From the NCBI RefSeq assembly GCF_011745625.1, contig NW_027191458.1, positions 372,001 to 436,000 on the forward strand: 64,000 bases of DNA. The letters run 5' to 3'. Below, in pieces: positions 1 through 9,732 of the stretch. This DNA is from Cladosporium halotolerans. Its lineage: Eukaryota. The notes under the pieces were generated by a model that made no database searches, was not told the DNA's origin, and was given only the letters and a program-made list of their open reading frames with translations. Each line of letters opens with the position of its first letter. Positions within the stretch are counted from its first letter, which is position 1. Made by a program: the position numbers and the translations under genes.

Positions 1-1522
1 GTGCGTAGGTAGCTGGGGTGGGTTGGTGCTGGCTGGCTGGGAGGTGGGTGACGTGACGTGACAGGGTGTAGGTACTACTACTGCTACTGCACACTGGCAG
101 AGCACTGTGTTGTACTGTCCTGTCGAGTCCCCCTTTCACTTCCTCAGTCCGCCCATCTTCACCATTCTCACGCTCACAGCGGCGTGCATTCCGTCCGCCG
201 CGCCAGAACGCACGTGGTGCAGCGAGCGCTGGCGTCCTAGCAGCACGCACGGAGTCGCGGGTGTTCCGGGCGCGAACCGGGCCGGCAGTGGCCGGGGCCG
301 GGCAGCGGGGCGGGCTTTGAGAGCCAGTCCAGGTTCCTGCAGATCGAGGCGGCGCAGGAGCCAGTGGGCGGCTTGGGCGCTGGGTTGGTCTGTTACGTCG
401 GTCGAGAGACGAGTGCTGGTGTGCCTGGCCTGGTCGGCGGGATGGCGGCTCTGGGCGGGGAAACGTCTACGGTAGGTGTTGCAAGGTGCAAGGGTTGGGA
501 TGATGGCAAGAGGGTGGGTGATAGGTCGTTTTTTGGCTCCGGAGTAATGGGGAGAAGGTTGGTTGTCAGACGGGGATGGCGGCTTGCGGTGCCTGCCGGC
601 TGGCTGGGGGGTGTGGGAGTTGGAGTGGGAGTGGGTTGTGAGGTGCAGTGTGTGATGATGAGCAGATGGGAGGGCACACCTGTTTCCTCCAACGACGACG
701 CCGCGGAGTGCGGTCTATGAGTAGTGAATCTCGTGAGTGTAGACGGACGCACTCTCTCAGGCGGATCCCCGCTCGACGGGCTCGCGCAGGCTGCGGTGAA
801 GGGCTGTCTGCGCCGTGAGTCGTGACAAGCTGACAGCGGAGACGGCGTTCCTGGCTGCAGCGCCCGTTGGAGGACTCGGAGGATCAGTGTGCATGCTGCC
901 GCTGTAGGCGTCGCCGTGGCCGTGGCCGTTCGAGAGTTGCGGCGTGGCACGTGCAGCGGCGTCCGGGCCTCTGGCCTGTCTGCCCTGCCCTGCTGCCCTG
1001 CTCTGATCCCGCCCGGCACTCCTGCCTGCCTGCCTGACACGGCACTCTGTCGCACACCTCACACCTCGCCCTTCGCGCTCGCCTTGCCTCATACCTCCAG
1101 ACACCTCACCTGCCTCACTGCCTCACTTCTCTCCCCGCGAACATCCCATTCGCGCCTCGCCCCGCCAGCGACCAGCCGCGTTTGCACCCAAAGCAAGCTG
1201 CCTGCCAAGCCCCGACCTGCTCCCCCAGTCCAGCCCGATCCGCCGGCAGACGTTGGCCGCGCGAGACATCATCCAAGACCTGACATACCACCTCGACCCC
1301 GACCGCGTCCTCTCCCCATACTCCCCCCTCGACACGCCGCCTCCGCCGCCGTGAGACATCGGCTGTGCTCCTGGAGCCCGACTCCGCGATCCGATTGCCG
1401 CACGCTCTCCCTCACCACGCCGTTGCACCCGTCCACGTCGCCCGGCTAAACGCTTGCTCGCTCGCACCTCAATTACATCCGCATCAGCATGCGATGAGCC
1501 TACCGCGAATGCATCCGCCGCC

Positions 1523-4500
1523 ATGCAAGCCCCAGGCCACCACCAGTGGGCGCAGCAGGAACAGCAGTTCGACGTGATGCGCTCCCAGCACACCCGCGAC
1601 AACACGTCTCCGCCGCCCTTTGTGGGCGCTAACGTCAATGGCCCTGTCGATCCCTCGGACTTCTACCAGACTTCGTTCACACCCACGCCCCCGCCGTTGG
1701 AGCAGCAATCTGCCTCCATGGAACACTCTCTACCTGCTGCCGTGCAGACCGTCAGTGCGGGCGCGTCTACTACACAAGCAGCGCACAGGGCTGTCTCACG
1801 GTCACCCTCGAGGAACAAACTCCGCAGCGCTTCTGGCTCTGCAAATTCCGGCGTACCCTCCGCTGGGAAATCACTGAACAACGCGAGGTCGCAGCCGGTG
1901 CTGCTGCCATCCTCGCGCGCTCCGGGTACCGTCAAGGACATCGCCAACAGGTTCAATCGCAACGCAGCACCGGGCGTCGCTCAGCCTGACCTAGCGGTAC
2001 GGACGAGTAATGAGAGATATCGACGCGACATTTCCAAGAACAGATCTCCGACCAGTCCAACTAAGAGCGGGACTGGGGTTACGAAGCTACAGAAGAGGAG
2101 GCCTGGACAGCCGAGATCGCCGCACAAGAGCCCGTCCACATCGTTTGACACCGGCAGTTCTTTCGGTTCTGGCACTTTAAGCACGAAGAGTCAGCCGCAT
2201 GCCGCTTTCAGTCCGCGACAGGCGAGACAGAAGGAGCAGAAGGACAGCCGGCCTCTTTTTGGCGAGATAACAGCGGACGGCCAGTGGAACGGCAACTTCA
2301 TGTTGGACAAATACGGGCCACTGCCCACTTTCCATTCTGCAGCGCGTCGAGAAAGCGATGGCAGCATTGCGCTGAGCCATGGGAGAAGCCAGTCGCATCA
2401 CGAGATCTATCAGCCTTCATTTCCTCGTGAGAACCACAGGCTTCACCATCAGCGCAGCAGGAGTGAAATGGATGCTTACATGCCGGCGCAACCACCTAGT
2501 ATGCCAAACCTCCAAACAGCGAATATTCCGATCCTCAGCCCCTCGGGAACGTATTCTGCGAAATCGACCTTACGCAAGGATTCACCGACTTCGCGCATAC
2601 CCATTAAAAACGCACATAAGTCCCGCGATTCTTCTACCTCAGCACCTCAATCGCGAGCCAGCTCTTCATTGTCGAACTACGGCGGACGAAATAGGCTTTC
2701 GAAATCGCCAACTCGCGTGAAACAGCACTTGAACAAGGAGAACGAGAAGCCCGCGACAATACACAGCCGAAGATACAACCCACCACCTTTGACGACGAGC
2801 AACAACAACCAGCTACTTTCAGCGAAGATCGTAGCTCCTCCGCCGAAAACTTCGCCGCCCTTGCGCTCCTCCAGACCCCGACAGCCGGTCAGCGCCGCGA
2901 CAACGGCAGCGAGCCGAGCACGTGCAGCAGGCGATCGCGCGCACAATAGCACAGCCAAAGGACGACCCAGTGAACAGTGGCTCGGGAAGCCGTACGACGC
3001 ATCTCGGGAGCACACAAAGCGGAGGATTCCAGAGCTCGGCAAGGTCGATTTCGCGGAACGCCGCGCGCGAATACAGCAGGCGATATCGCAGAATCTTGAG
3101 GAAAGCAAATCGCAGGACGATCTGAAGAATAGATCGAGGAGCCGATCGCGTCAGCCTTCGGTCGAGGAGTCCCCGGAAGCAGTTGCTGGTGCTCTGGCTG
3201 ACGACGGAGTTAACGAGGTCGATCAGCACCAGGCGTCTGAGCTTAATCAGGAGACTCAAGAAATGGCCCTGCAGCCAAGGAGTGAAACGATGCTGGAGAG
3301 GCCGAGAGGCCTGAGTCTGGACACTAACTCGCTAGGTCTGCCGAGAGGACTGCTTGATCCAGCAGAACCCTTGACAGCCGGTACTGACCACACTGATTTT
3401 GAGCTTGACGACGAGAGCCCCGTCCTTGGTCATGCTTCTCATCAACGCAACCAGTCTCGTGAGATGCAAGAGGTGCAGCCTCAGCTTTTGACTTCGGCAA
3501 CATACCAATCAGCGCCGAGCCATTCAGCACATCTTGAAGCGGATCAAAACAACGTTCAAGGGACATATTCAAATCCCGTCCGAAATAGTATCCTGGACAA
3601 TGTCATGCTCATGCGGCAACAGAGCGGGTCTTCCTCGAACAAATCCTCAGCCGACGATGGCTATGAGGCCAGCGGACCTTCGGCGGAAGAATCTTCCTCA
3701 ATTGATGCAGATGACGGCTGGGGAATCGGGACTGCCTTGACTGCCGACCAAGGTTCAATAAGAATAATGTTCGACAATGAACCTGCCCCGGCACAAAATG
3801 GTCTGCAACATGAGCACCAGCCGAACGAGTTCCATGCAATCGGACACGACCATGGTAACGGCGCTCTTCAGGATGAAGCCGCGAACAGTCAAGCGCAGAG
3901 CCATGACGCTTTCACGGCCAATGGCTGGACCGAGTCCCCTGATCGCGAGGAGTTCCAAAACAGCGAACTTCAGGAAACACCTCGAAAGAACGACAACCGA
4001 CAGGATACGCTCAAACCGGCGGCTTTCCAGCCTGCGACCGCCATAGCCGTTACTAGCGACGATGTCGTACCCAACACTGCCATTTCCCGGGCATTGGACG
4101 AGTACAACACCACTGGCGTCATCGCACCCGATTTGTTGCGCGAGATGGAGAAGCACTCAGTCGACCTCGAGAGGCTGTCTCACAACGGCGGTTCGGACGC
4201 GATCATGATCCAGAACTTGTTGGATAGCATCGCGAGCCAGCGATCAATGACACCGCCTCCCTTGGACGAACCGTCTCGAAGCAATTCTCAGTATGATCTG
4301 CCGGCTGTCACGCCTGATACACCACCGGACGCGGATATCACGATGGGCACGGCTGTCGTGTTTGGTCGCGAGGATGACGGGTTCCGCAATTTCGGCCGCA
4401 CCGAGGATGTGGACAATCAAGGTGAAGACGGTCTTCAACCTCCACCTGAGGTGCATGTGCAGGAGGACGAAGATGATTTCGCAACCCAGATCAGGAAGGC

Positions 4501-7495
4501 GAACGAGCAGTGGGAGAGGAAGCAACGCGGTGAGGAGGACACGGAGGATGCGCAGGACGAATTCAGGCCGCCGACTCCCCCTCCCAAGGACTTGGGCTAC
4601 ACTCCAAGGTCCAGCACCGGCCCTACGAACGAGTCAATCTCTGCCAATCTCATGACTGAAGGCTTGCGCATATCGACCTCCGGCCAACTCGATCTGTCGC
4701 AAATCCACGCCGCAGGGGACAGCGCGAAGAACAGTGTCACCGACTCTGCTCCGCCGTCTCAGCTGCCGTCGCCAGGCTTTGCGCCTCCGCTGCCGAACCA
4801 TGCCCCGCCGCCACCTCCGCCTGTTCCAGCACTTCCCAATGGCATGTCTGAAGCGCCGCATATCCCTGCTCCGCCCATGGAGAGAGCTTCTAGTGAGGCG
4901 TCACCGCGTCTTCTCAAGAATCTGTGGGGCCCCAGTCCTGGCTCGTCTCGCCCCTCTGTCGACAGCCAGCGTCACCCGCCGCCTCTTCCGAGCTCTGTGT
5001 CCATGTCATCGTTTGGTGCTGATTCTACCCGTGTTCCCTCCCTGGATGTGGGACGCGACAGTAACGGCAAGCCCGTGAAGACAGCCTCGCCCGGCCCTGA
5101 GCAGAAGCGGCTGCAGAAGCGCCGGCACGTCATCATGGAGCTGCTGAACACCGAGAACAGCTATCATCAGGACTTGAAGATCATAGAAGACATCTACAAG
5201 GCTACTGTCGACGACTTCGTCAGCGCCGAGGACAAGAAGACGCTGTTCGGCAACTGCGACGAGATCGAGCGTTTCTCGCTGAAGTTCTACGACGAGCTGC
5301 GGAAGGCTGTGACGTCGATCTATCAGCCTTCGAAGAGCACGCGCTGGCACGGCAAGCGCGGGAGTATTTCTACGACTCAGAGCGACGGCACGAATTCGAG
5401 CTCTGAGTCTGTTGACGAGGAGAAGGACCGTGGCACGACGATCGGCAAGTGCTTCTTGGAGAACCTCAATTACATGGAGTTGATCTACGGCAACTACCTC
5501 AAGAACCACGACGCCGCCAACCAGAGGCTCTCGGCTCTCCAGAGCAATCCTACAGTCAAATGCTGGCTGGATGAGTGCCACAACAACGCAAGCGATATCA
5601 CCTCGGCGTGGGACTTGGATTCTCTCCTTGTCAAGCCTACGCAGCGCGTTTCCAAGTATCCTCTCATGCTGCAGCAACTTCTCGACTCTACACCGAGCGA
5701 TCACCCGGATCACGATGCGCTCAAAGCCGCATCGAAGGATTCCATCGCCATGCTCACTCGAATCAACGAGGCGAAGAAGCGGGCGGATCTCGTCGAGCAG
5801 ATGATCGGTCGCAACAAGGGCAAGGAGTCCGACGTCCGCACTGGCCTAGCCAAAGCCTTCGGCCGCCGGACGGAGAAGCTGAGGGAACGTGTCGGCATCA
5901 ACGAGGCTTTCCAAGACGCGGACTTCGACGCCCTCGCGCACAAGTTCGGCGGACACTACATCCGGCTGCAGATCTGCATGCGCGACGTCCAAGACTACGT
6001 CAACCAGGCCAGCAGGGCGGTCGAGCAGATCAATGCATTCGCCACCGCGCTCGAGGCCTACGGTGACGTCTCGCACGGCAGCCTGCCTGAGGTTTCGAGC
6101 AAGTGGCGTCGCTACGGGCATGCCATTCGCGATCTGACCGCAGTCGCTCTGGCGGAGCACAAGGCGACCCTGCACAAACGCGTCGTCGCGCCTATGATCG
6201 CCTGCATCAAGCTGCACGAGAACCCCCAGGCCGCCATCGCCAAGCGCAAGAAGCGGATCGTCGACTACGCGCGGTGCAAGTCGATCGAGAAGCGCGGCGA
6301 GAAGCCCGACAAGAAGACTGCTGAGGCCGCCGATATGTACGTCGCGCTGAACGACCAGCTCAAGCTCGACCTGCCGAAGCTCTATGAGCTGACTGGCTCG
6401 CTGGTCCGCGCGTGTCTCAATTGCTTCCTGGACATCCAGCTCACGTGGCAGGATACGTGGCAGAAGAAGCTGCGGCCTTTGATCGAGGAGGCCGACATTC
6501 CTCTCAGCCTCCAAGATATTGGTCCTGCTTTCCACGCGGACTATGAGATCGTGAGGTCGAAGATCATGGAGCTGAACATCGTCAATGGCTCGGCTATTGC
6601 GAATGCGGACAACTTCTTGTCGCCTACGAACACTATTATTGGCGACTCTGACTCTGGCTATAACAAGCGGCCCTCGACTTTGAGCAGCTCTAAGCGAACA
6701 CTGTCAATGGGCAGCGAGGGCTCACCCAATTTGCACACGCCCAGCTCGAGCCAGAGGCAGAGCGGCATCAACACCCCCGACACCGCCGCCATGGAAGCCG
6801 CACTGCTACCAGGTGGGGGCCGCATGCGCTCCAGTTCCTCTGTCTCAACCCGCGGCTTCTCAGCAGCCAACTCCAGCTCCTCCTCCACCGCCAGGCAATG
6901 GTCCAACTCTATCAACACCTCCGGCCTCTACCCCTCAACCTCCACCACAACCTCCGGCCGCCCCTCAACAGCCAACCAGCCCAGCCCCACAACCGCCTTC
7001 CTCTCCCCGCGCCCAAGCGTCGACAACCCGCGCTCACCGCGCCCCTCCAGCAGCCAAACCTACTTCACCGCCCGCGGCATGGACGACATCCCCTCCCACC
7101 GCTTCAGCGGCATCTTCTCCTCCGCCATGCCCCCCTCCGACACCAGCCCCGACCTAACCCTCGTCCCCACCTCCTCGACCATCACGCCCTCCGCCCCGCA
7201 ACAGCAAACCTCAAGCAACCCCCGCCCCGCCTCCTCGACTTCCACCCTCTCCACCTCCCGCTTGCCCGCCACAGACAGCACCTCCGTGCTCTTCGTCTGC
7301 GCCTCGCTCTTCGAGTTCAACATCGACAAGGCGCGCAAGGAAGGGGGATACCCGTACCTGACGTACGTGCAGGGCGAGGTCTTCGACGTCGTCGCGCAGA
7401 AGGGCGAACTTTGGCTGGCGAAGAACCAGGACGACGCGGGGAATAGTCTCGGCTGGATCTGGGAGCAGCACTTTGTGATTTTGTCGCAGGATTAG
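1523..7495 (+). CDS. Rho guanine nucleotide exchange factor (long disordered N-terminus + DH + BAR + SH3; Tuba/Gef1-like)
   Basis: Intronless ORF of about 1990 aa from the first in-frame ATG at 1523. DH motifs KRRHVIMELLNTENSYHQDL and LDSLLVKPTQRVSKYPLMLQQLL; helical BAR-like region; C-terminal SH3 (LFEF..YLTYVQGEVFDVVAQKGELWLAKNQDD..GWIW). Start codon uncertain (1523 or 1577). Confidence 0.9.
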   Translation: MQAPGHHQWAQQEQQFDVMRSQHTRDNTSPPPFVGANVNGPVDPSDFYQTSFTPTPPPLEQQSASMEHSLPAAVQTVSAGASTTQAAHRAVSRSPSRNKLRSASGSANSGVPSAGKSLNNARSQPVLLPSSRAPGTVKDIANRFNRNAAPGVAQPDLAVRTSNERYRRDISKNRSPTSPTKSGTGVTKLQKRRPGQPRSPHKSPSTSFDTGSSFGSGTLSTKSQPHAAFSPRQARQKEQKDSRPLFGEITADGQWNGNFMLDKYGPLPTFHSAARRESDGSIALSHGRSQSHHEIYQPSFPRENHRLHHQRSRSEMDAYMPAQPPSMPNLQTANIPILSPSGTYSAKSTLRKDSPTSRIPIKNAHKSRDSSTSAPQSRASSSLSNYGGRNRLSKSPTRVKQHLNKENEKPATIHSRRYNPPPLTTSNNNQLLSAKIVAPPPKTSPPLRSSRPRQPVSAATTAASRARAAGDRAHNSTAKGRPSEQWLGKPYDASREHTKRRIPELGKVDFAERRARIQQAISQNLEESKSQDDLKNRSRSRSRQPSVEESPEAVAGALADDGVNEVDQHQASELNQETQEMALQPRSETMLERPRGLSLDTNSLGLPRGLLDPAEPLTAGTDHTDFELDDESPVLGHASHQRNQSREMQEVQPQLLTSATYQSAPSHSAHLEADQNNVQGTYSNPVRNSILDNVMLMRQQSGSSSNKSSADDGYEASGPSAEESSSIDADDGWGIGTALTADQGSIRIMFDNEPAPAQNGLQHEHQPNEFHAIGHDHGNGALQDEAANSQAQSHDAFTANGWTESPDREEFQNSELQETPRKNDNRQDTLKPAAFQPATAIAVTSDDVVPNTAISRALDEYNTTGVIAPDLLREMEKHSVDLERLSHNGGSDAIMIQNLLDSIASQRSMTPPPLDEPSRSNSQYDLPAVTPDTPPDADITMGTAVVFGREDDGFRNFGRTEDVDNQGEDGLQPPPEVHVQEDEDDFATQIRKANEQWERKQRGEEDTEDAQDEFRPPTPPPKDLGYTPRSSTGPTNESISANLMTEGLRISTSGQLDLSQIHAAGDSAKNSVTDSAPPSQLPSPGFAPPLPNHAPPPPPPVPALPNGMSEAPHIPAPPMERASSEASPRLLKNLWGPSPGSSRPSVDSQRHPPPLPSSVSMSSFGADSTRVPSLDVGRDSNGKPVKTASPGPEQKRLQKRRHVIMELLNTENSYHQDLKIIEDIYKATVDDFVSAEDKKTLFGNCDEIERFSLKFYDELRKAVTSIYQPSKSTRWHGKRGSISTTQSDGTNSSSESVDEEKDRGTTIGKCFLENLNYMELIYGNYLKNHDAANQRLSALQSNPTVKCWLDECHNNASDITSAWDLDSLLVKPTQRVSKYPLMLQQLLDSTPSDHPDHDALKAASKDSIAMLTRINEAKKRADLVEQMIGRNKGKESDVRTGLAKAFGRRTEKLRERVGINEAFQDADFDALAHKFGGHYIRLQICMRDVQDYVNQASRAVEQINAFATALEAYGDVSHGSLPEVSSKWRRYGHAIRDLTAVALAEHKATLHKRVVAPMIACIKLHENPQAAIAKRKKRIVDYARCKSIEKRGEKPDKKTAEAADMYVALNDQLKLDLPKLYELTGSLVRACLNCFLDIQLTWQDTWQKKLRPLIEEADIPLSLQDIGPAFHADYEIVRSKIMELNIVNGSAIANADNFLSPTNTIIGDSDSGYNKRPSTLSSSKRTLSMGSEGSPNLHTPSSSQRQSGINTPDTAAMEAALLPGGGRMRSSSSVSTRGFSAANSSSSSTARQWSNSINTSGLYPSTSTTTSGRPSTANQPSPTTAFLSPRPSVDNPRSPRPSSSQTYFTARGMDDIPSHRFSGIFSSAMPPSDTSPDLTLVPTSSTITPSAPQQQTSSNPRPASSTSTLSTSRLPATDSTSVLFVCASLFEFNIDKARKEGGYPYLTYVQGEVFDVVAQKGELWLAKNQDDAGNSLGWIWEQHFVILSQD

Positions 7496-7911
7496 GTTTG
7501 GGGAGGGGTTTGATGGCGATGCGTTGAGGGAGGAGGGAGGAGGGAGGAGGGAGGAGACGGGGGTTGACGACGAGGGGTCTTGGGGGTTTTTTGTTTTTTT
7601 TTGGGCTCTGGTTTCGGGCTTTGCGTTTCGAGCGCGGGTTTTCCCTTTCTGCTTTTTTTTCCCCCTGGCTTTTGTTCGCGTTTTGGAGCGAGAACCCTAA
7701 GCGTGCGGACCTGCCCCTAGCGCGAGGGAGGAGGCGTGACCCGATGCGGCACTCTTCTCTCTTTCTTCTTTTGCCGATGCTTTCCTACCGAAGGGTTTCT
7801 TTACTACGCACGCAGGATACGAGCATCAGTCGTCACACATGGGCCAATCGACACACACACCCACACATACAGAGACCGCGAGGCGACCGGGAAGGCGAAC
7901 AAAGGGTAATG

Positions 7912-7940
7912 CTTTTTTTTTTCTTTTTTTTTTTCTCTTT
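7912..7940 (+). repeat. Poly-T / T-rich tract downstream of the RhoGEF (probable 3' UTR)
   Basis: Long T runs interrupted by single C residues; a second T-rich tract lies at about 7586-7602. Confidence 0.7.
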
Positions 7941-9118
7941 TCTGTGCTTTGATTTGGTTTGGCTTTGGGGTTTGGCGTTGCAAGGGGGGTTTGTGCACAG
8001 ATGCGAATGGAATCGGGAATCGGGGCTTGGAATTGATCGAGAGGGTTCACTGGTGGGATGGGACGGAAAGTCCAGGCGTGGATCGTGTACATTATTTGGC
8101 CCGGCGAAAGGCAGGAAGGAGAGGAGAGGAGCGGAGTGGGTTGGGAAGGAAAGGATGAATGGCGGGCAGAGTATACATACATGTGAATGGGCCCCTGTGT
8201 ATCGGAACCGGGAATGGCACTTTTTTTCGGGACTTGTGAACTCCTCCATCTGATCTTCAAACCCATCGCGCTAATGCTGTTGCCGCACCGTCGACGGATG
8301 CCCTGGTTTCCCGCTCAAGCACACCCGCCCGGGTCTTCGCTCCGTGAGTGGGGATGTCGAGGGGCCAAGTGAACGCCGAATTTGTGCACTCCTCAGACCA
8401 AATGGATGTGCCCATCGGCCGGCAGGTCGTCGGGGAACATGCGGACGCCCCGATCTCGTCCGCGACGACGGCGTTAGCTGGCTCGCTGCGCTCTTCGTTC
8501 TTGGGGTTTTGAGGCGGAAGGGCGCTGTTGTGCGTTGGTCGGATGCGGAGGCGGGCTGCCGGTCTGAGTTGCACGTGATGAGGGCGGGATCTGTGTTGGG
8601 ATGGAGATGTGGATGTGAGTTCAACTACGGACGGGAGAAGGAATGGATGAGAGGGGGAGGTGCTGGGGGTTGGGCCGGAGGAGAGGGGATGCTCCAGAGC
8701 GGTGCAGATGAAGACCAAGATGAGGGCGGCCAATCGTTTGAACTTGGAAGATGTACAGTATCGAGGCATCTACATGATCTTACTGAGCCGCACCGGTGCG
8801 GTTGAGATAAGACAGTGCAGTGAAATGCAGGAAGAATAGACGGGACTGCCTCTATATGTGCTTGTGCTTGTTGAACAGACTGCGAGAGTACAAGAAACAC
8901 GGCCGAACCCCCTGAGAGCGCATTCTGGGGCAACATCTACAAAGGGACTCGAAAACGCCTCTGGGTGATTTGAGATTCTTCCAATTCGAGCCTCCTCCAA
9001 TTCTCACACTGCAGCCTTCCGTCCGCGCCTGAACGCCTCCCCTAGCCCCACCTGCACGAGGGCCCAAGACTCGGTGAAGCTCTGCTTGCAGCGCTGGTGG
9101 CGGCACGCTCAGCCCTGC

Positions 9119-9732
9119 CTAGTCGCTGTCGCTATCGCTGTCGCTGTCGGACTCTGGCGCACGAGAAATGTGCAGACCGACGAGCCGCGCGGTCTGCGGC
9201 GTCATGGCTCGCAGGTTATCTCGAGCGACGGCGGCAGCGTTCTTCGAAGCCGGCAGCGTCTGGCGCGAGCTGTAAGCTGCCGGTTTCCCGTGGTGCGGCG
9301 AGCGCTGGGCGGCAGGGCTGGACGAGCGAGTGGCTGCGGCGCTGCTGGCGGGCTTCGCGGTGTGCGACGAGCCCTTTTGGTGATGCTTGTCTGACGACTT
9401 GTGGCTCGGGGGGTTACTGGGCTTCTTAGAAGGAGCGTGGTGGCGTGAAGTGGCGCTGCTCGTGCCGCGGCCGGAAGAGAGGGCGTCCGGGTCTGGCGTT
9501 TTCGTTAGCGGGGGGAGTACAATTGTGGTATTCGCCCTATAGGCGAGACGGGAGGCTTACTGTTGCGCAGGAATGATTCGTAATCTGTGGACTCGTTGCG
9601 GCCGTTGCTGGAGCCCCTGGCCCACGTGCCGACATGCTGCAGATCATTCCGTTCGCGCTCGCGGCGACAAGGTGTGCAGAATGTCGTTGGGTCGTGTCTG
9701 CAGTGCATTGATTTGCTGGGACGGGAAGACAT
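9119..9732 (-). CDS. Hypothetical 181-aa protein (2 exons) with N-terminal CxH-x5-CxxC motif and C-terminal (SD)5 tail
   Basis: complement(join(9119..9492,9561..9732)). Canonical 68-nt intron GTAAGC..GCTAAC..CAG; splicing gives an uninterrupted frame MSSRPSKSMHCRHDPTTFCTPCRR...RAPESDSDSDSDSD*. Confidence 0.65.

Noticed and set aside
58..1449. Several 100-220 aa ORFs upstream of the RhoGEF
   Set aside because: Low-complexity products of skewed GC-rich promoter/leader DNA; overlapping on both strands with no domains.
7564..9106. ORFs downstream of the RhoGEF
   Set aside because: They span poly-T and G-rich UTR-like tracts and mostly use non-ATG starts; no codon bias or splice support.
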